Positions 17,382-27,430 of a stretch of 64,000 nucleotides of DNA are shown here, one piece after another (within the stretch, counting starts at the first letter, position 1; every line of letters starts with the position of its first letter). A program made the position numbers and the translations under genes. Source of the DNA: an uncultured virus (IMG/VR IMGVR_UViG_3300021579_000006) (taxonomy: Duplodnaviria > Heunggongvirae > Uroviricota > Caudoviricetes); IMG/VR virus record IMGVR_UViG_3300021579_000006. One strand, 5' to 3'. The notes under the pieces were generated by a model. The model ran no database searches, had not been told where the DNA came from, and was given only the letters and a program-made list of their open reading frames with translations.

Positions 17382-17657
17382 CTATGCTACAATCTGCTTT
17401 TCAAAGATAGCCATACCATGCTCAGCGAATCTACGCTTGCCATATTCTTTTGCCCATTCGTGCTGGGTAGCGATGCGTTGGTTAATGATTTCCTCGATGC
17501 CATCAAGTTCATCAAGTGAAACCAAATAACTTCGTTTGCTTCCCTCGGTGTAGTATTTTTGAATCAATCCGTCACATGCGTATCGGCGGATGCATCTATC
17601 CGTGACACCAAGATAGTATCCCGCTACCTTCGTGCTAACCAATCTTCCGCTCTTCAT
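17382..17657 (-). CDS. MerR/excisionase-type HTH DNA-binding protein
   Basis: VSTKVAGYYLGVTDRCIRRYACDGLI. Confidence 0.7.
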   Translation of the reverse strand: MKSGRLVSTKVAGYYLGVTDRCIRRYACDGLIQKYYTEGSKRSYLVSLDELDGIEEIINQRIATQHEWAKEYGKRRFAEHGMAIFEKQIVA

Positions 17658-17716
17658 ATCTCCAGCATAAAAGAAAACAGACCCGAACGCAAGTTCGAGT
17701 CTGTAGTCTTTAAGTT

Positions 17717-17962
17717 TTATAGGCTACCGTTAGGTTTAAGTTCAGCCCAATCGATATCCTTGCTATCAGACCAAGTCTTCAGTAGGGTCTGAGACCAAAG
17801 CTGGTAACCGTCATCTGTTACGACAACATTGTGTGGACCAAGTACAGTCCAATCGACTTCATCACCAACTCGCTCCATGACCTGCTTCACTAGTTCTTGT
17901 GGCGTGAAAGCAGTAACGATGTCGTAATTAACAATCTTGTCGGGGTGAATAAACGAGCTCAT
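17717..17962 (-). CDS. Hypothetical protein (DUF1737-like)
   Basis: YDIV...LVKQV...W..LGP...Q. Confidence 0.55.
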   Translation of the reverse strand: MSSFIHPDKIVNYDIVTAFTPQELVKQVMERVGDEVDWTVLGPHNVVVTDDGYQLWSQTLLKTWSDSKDIDWAELKPNGSL

Positions 17963-18471
17963 TACTTACCCTCTGCCTTCTTTGGAGTTGTCTTCTTAGC
18001 AGGAGTCTTCTTAGCAACAGGCTTTACTGGTTCATCAGCAACATCCTTTGCAATCGCTTCCTTCTTGGCAGTTGTCTTTGCAACAGGCTTCTTCTTAACA
18101 GGCTTTACCTGATGCCCATCTTGAACGATTCCCTTAGCCTGCATTGCTTCTGCATCTGCCTTAACCTGCTCCAACTTTGGAGTGCGAGGCTTACGTGCTG
18201 GCTTGGCAGGTGTCAAAGTTCCTTCATCAACCATGTGATCTACAACCTCACGTGGAATAGACACTGGAGTTCCATCTACAGTTGCCTTTACAATCTGCAC
18301 CGAAACCTTCTTAGTAATTCCGGCTGAACGCTCTAGTGATTCAACCGAATCACAACCACACTCTTTGCCACAACCACACTTGTCGGCCAATGCCTTCGGA
18401 CCATGCTCCCACGGCTTCGGCTTCGACTCTCCACGAGTCAACTTATAAAACAGGTCAGCAAGCTTTCCCAT
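17962..18471 (-). CDS. Protein with histone H1/HupB-like Lys-Ala-Pro tail
   Basis: KKPVAKTTAKK...PVAKKTPAKKTTPKK. Confidence 0.7.
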   Translation of the reverse strand: MGKLADLFYKLTRGESKPKPWEHGPKALADKCGCGKECGCDSVESLERSAGITKKVSVQIVKATVDGTPVSIPREVVDHMVDEGTLTPAKPARKPRTPKLEQVKADAEAMQAKGIVQDGHQVKPVKKKPVAKTTAKKEAIAKDVADEPVKPVAKKTPAKKTTPKKAEGK

Positions 18472-18668
18472 ATCTTTTCTCTTCCTTATCTTTTTTCTAG
18501 CTAGCTAGCTATTGCTACTTATGCTACTTGTAACTTGCGGGGCGACTTCCGCCACGATATTCCGACATCGTCATTCCGTTTACAGGGCAACGAGCTTCCT
18601 CTGCGTCAGCAGAGGGAGTTCGTATCGGCACACGCAAAACAAAGTGTACTACATTCTTTACCAAAAGT

Positions 18669-18884
18669 CTAATTGATTTCATCTTCGCCACCCAACTTCT
18701 CCCAGTACGCTTTCAACTCCGAGACATTGTGAATCCCAACATCAGGATTCTCTTCCTCAGTCAAAATCTTCCAGACGTATTCAGTCAGTGTTTCAACAAC
18801 TCCAACGTCTATAACATCATAGTCCGCCAGAATCATCAGATGCTCCTCGATCTTCCGAGCTGCTTCTTCCTTCGTCACTTCCAC
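18669..18884 (-). CDS. Hypothetical protein (start uncertain)
   Basis: Acidic ORF overlapping its upstream neighbour. Confidence 0.5.
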   Translation of the reverse strand: MEVTKEEAARKIEEHLMILADYDVIDVGVVETLTEYVWKILTEEENPDVGIHNVSELKAYWEKLGGEDEIN

Positions 18885-19014
18885 ATCCTTCCTTCTCACA
18901 ATGACAATACCACTTTTTCCCGAAATACTCAATAACAGGTTTGCAGTCCTTGTGAAATCCTGTAGAACACCATCCACAAAGTAGAAGCCCGGAGCCAGAA
19001 CTTCCTCTAGCCAT
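18817..19014 (-). CDS. Small Cys/His protein
   Basis: CGWC..H..C...CHC; TAATG coupling at 19014. Confidence 0.5.
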   Translation of the reverse strand: MARGSSGSGLLLCGWCSTGFHKDCKPVIEYFGKKWYCHCEKEGCGSDEGRSSSEDRGASDDSGGL

Positions 19015-19490
19015 TAAATCTCAGCACTACACTTCATGCAAAGCAATAGCGTAGCAGGTCCACTCTCTTCAAGTCGAACACCGTCATACGAAATTGACAC
19101 CGGAATAATATTTCCAACCTCGTCACAGCGATCACACTTTGGATCTTCCAACCATTCAACCTTCATGTCAGCCTTCAAGGAAGCAACAACTCCCTGACCC
19201 AAAGCATGAAGATGACCAACACCTTTGGTACTTCGCAAGAAGTATCGAAGGTCCTCCGCCTTCAAAATTGGTCTTGGCCCTGCGCACTTACAGAAACTAG
19301 CATTTGGCTTACAAGCATGAGTCTCTCCACGCATACCTGGACCAAAAGGCAAAGGACGGTGTCTACCAACCGGATGTCCACATGCACATACTCGATTATC
19401 CAAAACCTTCTTGTCTCTCTGCTTCAACTCTTCCAGCTCTGCAGCTGCATCATCCAAGTCAAAAGCAAAACCGTTAATTCCGTCAACCAT
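19014..19490 (-). CDS. Cys-rich zinc-binding protein
   Basis: CACGH...H, C...CKC and CDRC...CMKC. Confidence 0.75.
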   Translation of the reverse strand: MVDGINGFAFDLDDAAAELEELKQRDKKVLDNRVCACGHPVGRHRPLPFGPGMRGETHACKPNASFCKCAGPRPILKAEDLRYFLRSTKGVGHLHALGQGVVASLKADMKVEWLEDPKCDRCDEVGNIIPVSISYDGVRLEESGPATLLLCMKCSAEI

Positions 19491-20093
19491 TCTTTTTCTT
19501 CCTATCCATTTCTATTTCCATATCCACGAGTATAACTACAACGAAAACCGCAAACGCCACCCGCCTAACCCCCATTTGACACTTGACATTTGCATTTCCA
19601 CAAAATCATATCTCCTTTTTATAGTATCATATAAAATCCATATCAATTCGATATCAAACCCCCTATTTTTATATTCAGGACTATCTATACGTCACGCGTA
19701 TAGAGTTTGAATCCCCGGTCTTCCTAAACTATAATCCAGAATATAAATATATTAGATATAAATATAGTCGATATTATCAGTTTTTTCCCTCTCAAAAGAC
19801 TTTTTTCTTGATAATAACCACCTCTACTTATTATCAAGATTTTCATAACGGCGTTTATCATTTTCTGATAATAACCCCAACTCGAACTATACCATACTCC
19901 CACCCTACCTTACCCCATTTTATCTACCTTTTACAAGCATTTCCCACCTCCTTTTTCTCTACTTATTAGCCAATATTTAATAAGGGCGTCCATTATTTTT
20001 TGCTAATAAGCCAACAACCCCGCACGAACTCCCGTCCCCACCTCCAAAAAGAGAAGAAAACACCCACCCTCAGCTAACCCTTAAACTATTCTT

Positions 20094-20342
20094 ATGATGC
20101 AGCCAGAGCCATACAGCATCCCCAGCCCAGACAGTAGGGATGCACTCAAGAAAGCCCTCAATAGGCTAGAGCTCTGCCGCTTTGCCATCCAAGAAGCTCA
20201 CTACGAGATCGAGAACCCCTCTAACCCAGAGCACAAGGCAGACCTACTATTAGCAGTAGAAGCCCTCACATTCGAAGCAATCGACCTTCTCCACACCGCA
20301 AAATTGTATGCGTGGGGGCCGGAAGAAGAAGACGAAGACTAG
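20094..20342 (+). CDS. Hypothetical protein
   Basis: ORF with -10 TAAACT immediately upstream. Confidence 0.7.
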   Translation: MMQPEPYSIPSPDSRDALKKALNRLELCRFAIQEAHYEIENPSNPEHKADLLLAVEALTFEAIDLLHTAKLYAWGPEEEDED

Positions 20343-20437
20343 ACAGTCTACCTAGCAGGGCAAGTCATTTTACCTAAAATCCGCTATTCTTATATATAGG
20401 GAGAGACCATCCAACCGACTACCGCCGGGGTCTCAGA

Positions 20438-23400
20438 TTGTCTTCATATTCAAAGTCTTTTAAAAGAGCACTACAAAACATAAAAAAGCCGCTACTGATA
20501 ACAGTAACGGCTCTCTTAGCGACCCTTCCTATAACTACGGCTCAGGTCGCACTTGCTAATCAGGCTAGAACTTTCGCTTACCTTGAGAAGAACTACGACG
20601 AGCTCTACCCCCAGCAACAGCTGCAGCTACTACTAGCGCCACAAGCTCTACAACAACAGTTAGGCCTACCCCTAACCACAGGGAACCCCAATCAAGACCT
20701 ACTACAGAAACTACCATTTCACACCTCCAGTGCACTCAACGACTTACAGGCTACTCTAGCACAATTACAACAACAACTCAACCAACAACAGGCACAATTA
20801 CAAGAAGCCCAATCCACCCTTACAGCAGCCCAATCCTCTAAGGCCACAACTTCCCAACAACTAGTAGCTGTCCAGTCTAAGGTTTCTTCCGCACAGGCAG
20901 CCCTAGAGTCCACCAAGGCACAACTACAGGCAGCCACATCCGCCGCCAACGTAGCCAAAGCAGCTCTAGAAACTGCTAATCAAAACTACCAAGTAGCCCT
21001 CCAACAATTAACCCAAGCGAACTCTACCCAGCAAACCAAAGCACAGAATAACTCCTACGCTATCTCTGCCCTAGAGCTTCAACAACAGCGTACCCAAAAC
21101 GCACTCTCCACACTTAACCAAGCTATCCAAGAGAACCAACGAACCTTAGACCTTCTTAACTCTGCTGATGCAGCATTGACCGGTCAAACTATAACCACCT
21201 CTAATTCACACGTCAATCTTCTAACGAAGCAAATGCAAGACAGCGCAGCAGCATCTTCCTACACCCAAGCACAAGATAATTACGCTAACTCACAGCTAGA
21301 GCTCACCAACGCAACTTACAACCAACAGCAGGCGCAGCAGGATTACGACACCCTTCTTAACCTCTACCACCAAGCACAGGCTCTAACCCAGCAAGCTTTC
21401 AACGACTACAGCCAAGCACAGCAAACCCACCAATCTACGCAAGCAACCTTGCAGCAAAAACTTTCCGCCCTGCAACAAGCACAGCAAGAAGAACAGCAAG
21501 CACAAATCAATTATCTCCAAGCAGCAGCCGACGCAGACTCTACTTATTCAAACCTTGCAGCAGCACAAATCCAATACAACATTGCTTATACCAACCTCCA
21601 ACAAGCACAGTCCGACTACAACACTGCCTATGCTGCATCCATCCCGCAAGGTACTGGAGTTACTGCCAGAGTTTATAACCAGCTGACTTCCAGCAACCCC
21701 CAGATGAGCGATACTGCGTATCACTACTGCAAGACCGTTACGCTTCCAAATATTCAAGCTAACTGGGGTGGCGGAGACATCCTCGGGTGTGGCGCAGATC
21801 AGGTAATGATTCACTACACCGGCTACCTGATGTTCCCACAAACCACCAGCATGTATTTCATGAACCAATCTGATGATGGTTTCTATATGTCACTCAACGG
21901 ACAAACCACAATTTCAAACTGGAACCTTCAGGGTTGCTCAGGACGTACCTCTTCTCTATACACCCTTAATGCAGGACAGTTCTACCCAATCGATGTTTGG
22001 TTCTATGAGTGGGGTGGAGGCGCTTGCTCTACCCTTTATTACTACCAACCTGTAAATGCAGCCTACTGGCAGCCAATCCCATCTTCCTTCTACTTCTCTA
22101 CCCAAACTCCACCAGCTGCCACACCAATCCCACAGTCTGTTATTGACGCTCTCACAGCAGCACAGGCACAGTTCACGCAAGCGCAGTCCCAGCTAAGCCA
22201 AGCAACACAGACTAATAACATCGCACAGGCAAATAAGCAGTCTGCCTTAGCTAACTACCAAGCTAAACAATCATCTTTCAACGAAGCTCTTAATAATTAC
22301 AATGCAGCCGACGCAGCAAACAACCAAGCAATTCAAGATGAAGCCACGGCCCTAGGAAACTTACAACAAGCACAGGCTTCAGAAGCAGACGCTCTACAGG
22401 CTCTCAACCAAGCAACCATAACCCTAAACCAAGCTAACGAAAACCTAGCAGCTGCACAACTCAACTTCGATGAAGCAACCTCCGCACTTTCCACTTCATA
22501 CAGCAACCTCATCCAGGCAGACCAAGAACTCCAGGCAGCACAAACTTATTACGAGGAACAAACTAATCTTCTTGCTGCAGCGCAGTCCTACCGAGACCAA
22601 AACCTTTCCAACCACGTAGCTACCGACCTACAAGAACAAATTGCACAGCAGGACTATAACAACGAACTAAATATCCTGCACTCCCTTGAGCTAGCTTTAG
22701 CAGCTGCCAGTGCTTCCCTTCAAGAATCAACTGCAGCACAGCAAGTAGCAGCCAACCTTCTGATTATTTCCGGACAACTTCTAATGAATGCTCAGGAAGA
22801 TCTCGATGCTGCCTCAGCTATACAAGGTGCAGCACAGTCCCAAGTCCAAGCAGCAGAACAAGCTATGGCCGCTGCAACTTCTGATCTATCTTCTGCACAG
22901 TCTGCAGACGCAGCAGCCACTTCACAAATAGAAGCAGCCCAGTCAGCAGTATCTTCTGCACAAGCATCCGTTGATTCAATCTCAGCTCAGATATCATCTA
23001 CCCAACAAGCTCTACAAGCTCAGGATGCTGCAGATGCTTTAGCAGTTCAACAGGCAGCTGATGCAGCCAAGGCAAAGGCAGAAGCCGATGCTCTAGCAGC
23101 ACAAGAAGCGCAGAAGGCAGCTGACGAATTAGTAGCACAGCAAGCAGCTGACGCTAAGGCTAAGGCGGAAGCAGAGGCTAAAGCAGAAGCAAAAGCCAAC
23201 GAAGCTCCTAAGAAGGCAGAAGATATTCCGGAAGTTCTCTCCACAGAACAACTAATGAAGGTAGACCTGAAGGAAATCATTGCAACGGACCTAACCCCTA
23301 AGCAAGCAGAAGCAATTAAGGAAGCTGCCCTTCAAACCTTCGAGACTGCAACCCAAGGTTCACCAGAGTACCAACAAGCACTTGATGCTCTCCTAGTTGC

Positions 23401-23668
23401 AGCACAGGCTGATGACATCGTACTTCCAGAGAACCTTGCAGCAATCCCCGGAGCAGCAGCCCTTGTAGATGCAATAAATCTACTTTCAAACGTAGGAGCC
23501 GATATCAGCCCTACAGTTCGCAAGGAAGCCCAGCGTGCTACGGTAGCCGCGGTAATAGTCGGTCAGGTAGCAGGAGCAGCCGTTGCTGCAGCTTCCTCAG
23601 GTTCAGGCTCATCCGGTTCATCCAGAAAACAAGAAACAAATAAGACAACTAGAAAGAACGGAAAATAA
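20438..23668 (+). CDS. Secreted or membrane Gln/Ala-rich coiled-coil protein with central PA14 domain
   Basis: N-terminal signal-like segment; SDDGF...W...GQFYPIDVWFYEWGGGA PA14 signature; hydrophobic C-terminal segment plus basic tail. Confidence 0.8.
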   Translation: MSSYSKSFKRALQNIKKPLLITVTALLATLPITTAQVALANQARTFAYLEKNYDELYPQQQLQLLLAPQALQQQLGLPLTTGNPNQDLLQKLPFHTSSALNDLQATLAQLQQQLNQQQAQLQEAQSTLTAAQSSKATTSQQLVAVQSKVSSAQAALESTKAQLQAATSAANVAKAALETANQNYQVALQQLTQANSTQQTKAQNNSYAISALELQQQRTQNALSTLNQAIQENQRTLDLLNSADAALTGQTITTSNSHVNLLTKQMQDSAAASSYTQAQDNYANSQLELTNATYNQQQAQQDYDTLLNLYHQAQALTQQAFNDYSQAQQTHQSTQATLQQKLSALQQAQQEEQQAQINYLQAAADADSTYSNLAAAQIQYNIAYTNLQQAQSDYNTAYAASIPQGTGVTARVYNQLTSSNPQMSDTAYHYCKTVTLPNIQANWGGGDILGCGADQVMIHYTGYLMFPQTTSMYFMNQSDDGFYMSLNGQTTISNWNLQGCSGRTSSLYTLNAGQFYPIDVWFYEWGGGACSTLYYYQPVNAAYWQPIPSSFYFSTQTPPAATPIPQSVIDALTAAQAQFTQAQSQLSQATQTNNIAQANKQSALANYQAKQSSFNEALNNYNAADAANNQAIQDEATALGNLQQAQASEADALQALNQATITLNQANENLAAAQLNFDEATSALSTSYSNLIQADQELQAAQTYYEEQTNLLAAAQSYRDQNLSNHVATDLQEQIAQQDYNNELNILHSLELALAAASASLQESTAAQQVAANLLIISGQLLMNAQEDLDAASAIQGAAQSQVQAAEQAMAAATSDLSSAQSADAAATSQIEAAQSAVSSAQASVDSISAQISSTQQALQAQDAADALAVQQAADAAKAKAEADALAAQEAQKAADELVAQQAADAKAKAEAEAKAEAKANEAPKKAEDIPEVLSTEQLMKVDLKEIIATDLTPKQAEAIKEAALQTFETATQGSPEYQQALDALLVAAQADDIVLPENLAAIPGAAALVDAINLLSNVGADISPTVRKEAQRATVAAVIVGQVAGAAVAAASSGSGSSGSSRKQETNKTTRKNGK

Positions 23669-23669
23669 A

Positions 23670-23870
23670 TTGAAGCACTTTATAAAAGCATTAATGAAGG
23701 ACCTTGTAGATCAGGCATATACCTTATTAGGTTTGGCAACTGCGTGGGTTTTACTAGAGGGTTCTGCCCGTGATTTAGTAGGGAACATGATTCTAGTAAC
23801 GCTCGGTATCTGGGTTCTCACCTTCTACCCAATGCGTTATGAAAAAGAAGACTCAGAACTAGAGGAGTAA
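23670..23870 (+). CDS. Two-TM membrane protein (holin candidate)
   Basis: TTG start; two hydrophobic helices and an acidic tail; near the endolysin. Confidence 0.55.
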   Translation: MKHFIKALMKDLVDQAYTLLGLATAWVLLEGSARDLVGNMILVTLGIWVLTFYPMRYEKEDSELEE

Positions 23871-23876
23871 TACCAA

Positions 23877-24068
23877 ATGTGTGGTGAAGAACTAAAGTGC
23901 AACCGTCAACACACCCACTCCTTAGAATCTAGATACCACGCATATGCAGCTCTCTGGCGTGCACAGGAAGCAGCAAAACCAGGACTTCTAACATGGAGAG
24001 AAGAGTCAACCATTATGTGGGAAGCTATGCACGAATACGATTCTGAACACCCTGGTAAAATTAGCTAG
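23877..24068 (+). CDS. Hypothetical protein
   Basis: GAGGAG RBS. Confidence 0.6.
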   Translation: MCGEELKCNRQHTHSLESRYHAYAALWRAQEAAKPGLLTWREESTIMWEAMHEYDSEHPGKIS

Positions 24069-24286
24069 TGAAACGCTTATTCAATTACATCAAGTTCTAT
24101 CTAGAACCCAATGGTAAAGACCTACGCCGAGAGGCATTCCTCTCTGCCAAGTTCTATTACATGGATAGGCCTTTCAATAACTACTATCTGAGAACCATCG
24201 AGTTCCAGACGTACCAACAAAACTACGTCCGGGCATATCGGGAGAACTATGCCAAGACTCAACTTAATAAGTTAACTTCTAACTAG
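24068..24286 (+). CDS. Hypothetical protein
   Basis: Coupled ORF. Confidence 0.55.
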   Translation: MKRLFNYIKFYLEPNGKDLRREAFLSAKFYYMDRPFNNYYLRTIEFQTYQQNYVRAYRENYAKTQLNKLTSN

Positions 24287-24294
24287 GAGAGAAA

Positions 24295-25107
24295 ATGGCA
24301 GCACCGAAAGTTAAGGTTCAATATAAAGAACCATTTGATAAGAAGCTACGTAACGACCAGTTCGGCAACATGGCACCTTATCGCTCACACCCCCACCGTG
24401 GAACCGACTGGTCTCCAAAGGAACTTAGCCCAATCCCATCTGCAGCTGATGGTAAGGTCACTCAGGTATTCTGGTCTAACGTTCTTGGCTGGGTTGTAGA
24501 AATCCTTCACGCAGATGGCGTTTACTTCCAATACTGCCATATCGCACCAAAGACTGTATGTGTAGACCCAGGGGAGCATGTAAAGCTTGGTCAGATCATT
24601 GGTAAGGTTGGTGGCGGTAAGAAGACTCCATCAGGTTCTGCCTCAACTGGAGCTCACCTTCACCTGGGTGCTTCTCGTGTTAAGAATGGCCACCTTGCAG
24701 CTTACGATAAGCTCATGGACCCAACTAAGTGGATTGTTGCTAACTCAGCTCCAGTTGCTACTCCTACAGCACCTGCAGCTCCAGCAGCTCCAGCTGTAAC
24801 TTCAGCAGAGACTCTTGCTGCAGCAGTAGCACCAGATGCTCCAGTCGCAACGCCAGCAGCAGACATTGATTTCGTAGATGAAGTAGCTCGTCAAATGAAT
24901 CTTGATATCCGTAAATATCCAAAGCTAGTTCCAGGATCTAAGAACCGTTACGTTGCTTATATCCAGACTAAGTTTAAGTTTAAGGTTATTAACGGCGTCT
25001 ACGATGATCGCACTAAGAAGGTAGTAGTTGCTCTTCAAAAGAAGAACGGCTTTGTTGCTGATGGAGTTATCGGCAAGCTCACCTGGGGAAAGATCATCGA
25101 ACTATAA
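24295..25107 (+). CDS. M23 peptidase endolysin with PG-binding domain
   Basis: HRGTD (HxxxD), GAHLH (HxH), Pro/Ala linker, LQKKNGFVADGVIGKLTW. Confidence 0.85.
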   Translation: MAAPKVKVQYKEPFDKKLRNDQFGNMAPYRSHPHRGTDWSPKELSPIPSAADGKVTQVFWSNVLGWVVEILHADGVYFQYCHIAPKTVCVDPGEHVKLGQIIGKVGGGKKTPSGSASTGAHLHLGASRVKNGHLAAYDKLMDPTKWIVANSAPVATPTAPAAPAAPAVTSAETLAAAVAPDAPVATPAADIDFVDEVARQMNLDIRKYPKLVPGSKNRYVAYIQTKFKFKVINGVYDDRTKKVVVALQKKNGFVADGVIGKLTWGKIIEL

Positions 25108-25125
25108 ACCCTTCCATGTCAAACG

Positions 25126-25160
25126 AAAAACCCCCGGCACACAACTACCGGGGGTTTTCC
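25126..25160. terminator. Terminator between convergent genes
   Basis: aaaacccccgg...ccgggggtttt. Confidence 0.75.
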
Positions 25161-25237
25161 TTTGCGAAAGGAGTTGAAATGATACACAATAGCTACAAAA
25201 CAGAAAAATAGCTACGGGATTATTCTAACACAGCTCA

Positions 25238-25525
25238 CTAACGTGTTGGACCAAAATCATCATCATCTTCATCTAAATCATCATCTAGATCGAAATCCAT
25301 TGCCTGATTTAGTGCATCAACAATATCCTGGAATGACTGATTGACTCGAATGATTTGCTTATTACGCACGTTCATCTCGATCATCTCAGCCTTATAAATC
25401 AGCTTAGACATCTTACGCTGATCACGCTCGGACAAATTCTTAAAGAGCGGGTTGTTCAAAAGCATAATAAAAATGTTCGACATGTGTCGCTGCTTTTGTA
25501 GTTTAATTAACTGTTTTTCTTTCAT
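25238..25525 (-). CDS. Hypothetical protein
   Basis: ORF with acidic tail. Confidence 0.65.
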   Translation of the reverse strand: MKEKQLIKLQKQRHMSNIFIMLLNNPLFKNLSERDQRKMSKLIYKAEMIEMNVRNKQIIRVNQSFQDIVDALNQAMDFDLDDDLDEDDDDFGPTR

Positions 25526-25558
25526 GCATCCGCTCCAGAGGGTTATCTCAAATAGATT

Positions 25559-25873
25559 CTATAGTAGATTGTTTAAGATTTCTACCAATAATGCTTTTGG
25601 TTTTGCACCAATTACAGAATGTACCACAGCACCATCTTTAAATACAAGCGTAGTAGGGGTACTTCTTATATCAAACTTCTCAAGTATAGCAGTAGCTTCA
25701 TCTGCATTCAACTTAAAAAAGTTTGCCTTATCTGCAAAATCATTTGCAACAAGTCCCATCACGGGACTCATCATCTTACAAGGGCCACACCAAGGTGCCC
25801 AAATATAAATAACTGAAGCACCTTCAGCAATAGCCGAATCAAAGTCTTCAGCTACTAATTCAGTCAAAGCCAT
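25559..25873 (-). CDS. trxA: Thioredoxin
   Basis: WAPWCGPCK. Confidence 0.92.
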   Translation of the reverse strand: MALTELVAEDFDSAIAEGASVIYIWAPWCGPCKMMSPVMGLVANDFADKANFFKLNADEATAILEKFDIRSTPTTLVFKDGAVVHSVIGAKPKALLVEILNNLL

Positions 25874-25875
25874 AC

Positions 25876-26100
25876 TTAGTCCTCGATCTCTACATTTCTA
25901 TATGAGTTAAAGTCTAGCAGCTCAAGCAGACCAGAATCTTCTTCCTCCAATACTACCTTTGTTGCATCAGAAGAAGCCTCTACATACCTAACAATTCCGC
26001 AGCGATAGCACTTATCAGAAGGGAAATAAGGAGAGTACATTGAAATACGACGACCAATCAGGTCATCATTAATATAGCTTGAATCAATAGGATCTCCCAT
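25876..26100 (-). CDS. Hypothetical protein
   Basis: ORF with leaderless-type -10 TACACT. Confidence 0.55.
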   Translation of the reverse strand: MGDPIDSSYINDDLIGRRISMYSPYFPSDKCYRCGIVRYVEASSDATKVVLEEEDSGLLELLDFNSYRNVEIED

Positions 26101-26134
26101 AATTCAAGTGTAAAGGGGATAACACCCACTGACT

Positions 26135-27088
26135 TTAACGCCAATGACGGCGAGCACGTCTACGCTCGTCTCGTTCCCATCGCTCTTCAAAAGGTATTAC
26201 AGACTCGAGCTCCTCCTCTAGATTAGGTTCCTTTAAGTCTGCAAGTAGGGGCTTATCAAGAATAGCTTTGCTATCTTCCAAAATAGAAGCACTTTCCTCA
26301 CCCACTAAAGCATATACACCAGCGATAGTAAACTCACCCTCGGGATTGAGGGAATAGTCAATAATCTTAGCTACATGGCTATTAAACTTAAACCACTCAC
26401 CCTCAGCTCTATGAGCTCTAAGTAGCCAGTGATAGACACTTTCCATATCCTCAGATCCAGGTATATATCCAAGCAATTTAGCATTTGCCATATCGATACT
26501 TGCTGGCTTTAGAGTAGGGTCACTTTTATTAATTAGTGACTTAAATCTAGAATCAGGGCGTTTGGATCTACCGATCTTTACATACCCATCACACTCGATG
26601 AAGTAGACATAGGTGGGTGGAGTCTGAGATAAGAGTGCCTTCAACGGCATATCAGCTAAACGTTCAATTTCTTCTAGCTTTTTATGTAGTCGAATCTTCC
26701 ACTCTGCAACCGTACGTCGTTCATATGCAGAGAGCCAATCCTCTAACTGATCAATACTAAATAAACGACGACTACCATGATTTTGATCAGAATGTTTAGA
26801 GCAGTAGCCGTTATAGTTACCAGCATTTTTACATCCCTTACCAGTAGATGTAATCCCCTTGCAGTAATAATCAAAATCAGAACGATGGCAGAATACGCAA
26901 CGATAAACTACTGTCCCACCATTAGGGCTAGTTTCCTCACGTTCTACACAATTTCTAGCATATGGCCCACTCGTCTGAGTACAAATAGAGTCAAGACTGT
27001 CTACATATAAAACAGTTGTTCTACCACCACGAGTCAGTTGGTCATAGCTTTTAACTAATTCACAATCACAACCAGCAACCATACACAT
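26135..27088 (-). CDS. GIY-YIG (T5orf172/MUG113-like) protein with Zn knuckle
   Basis: YVYFIEC.GYVKIGRS.RPDSR...E...H...GEWF; CKGITSTGKGCKN...YCSKH. Confidence 0.75.
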   Translation of the reverse strand: MCMVAGCDCELVKSYDQLTRGGRTTVLYVDSLDSICTQTSGPYARNCVEREETSPNGGTVVYRCVFCHRSDFDYYCKGITSTGKGCKNAGNYNGYCSKHSDQNHGSRRLFSIDQLEDWLSAYERRTVAEWKIRLHKKLEEIERLADMPLKALLSQTPPTYVYFIECDGYVKIGRSKRPDSRFKSLINKSDPTLKPASIDMANAKLLGYIPGSEDMESVYHWLLRAHRAEGEWFKFNSHVAKIIDYSLNPEGEFTIAGVYALVGEESASILEDSKAILDKPLLADLKEPNLEEELESVIPFEERWERDERRRARRHWR

Positions 27089-27142
27089 AATAATTCTCCT
27101 TCAAAAAGAGATTACTATAGTTTTAGATAAAAAGCAAATAAG

Positions 27143-27430
27143 TTATTTTTCTAGCTTACTTTCCCACCCAGATGGCATACAACAGCCATCACAGCCATGA
27201 ACAGCATCAGGAAAGATTTCATCAGGGTCAGGATGTCCAATACCATGCGTACAGATACGCTCGATATACCCTAAATCGCCACGCCAGTTCTGCTTCATAC
27301 CACGCATATGGTGATCACTGCGGTTATGTAGAGTGCAATACTCTCCACGGCAGCTTAGTTCGTCATGGCACCAAATATATAAATGTGTATTCTCCAACAG
27401 CATCCGAGTCGACTGCAGGGCATCACTCAT
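27143..27430 (-). CDS. Cys/His-rich hypothetical protein
   Basis: ERICTHGIGHPDPD...HGCDGCC. Confidence 0.75.
   Translation of the reverse strand: MSDALQSTRMLLENTHLYIWCHDELSCRGEYCTLHNRSDHHMRGMKQNWRGDLGYIERICTHGIGHPDPDEIFPDAVHGCDGCCMPSGWESKLEK

Noticed and set aside
24274..24283. AACTTCTAAC upstream of the endolysin as another operator copy
   Set aside because: It lies in coding sequence without the flanking consensus or a promoter context and may be chance.
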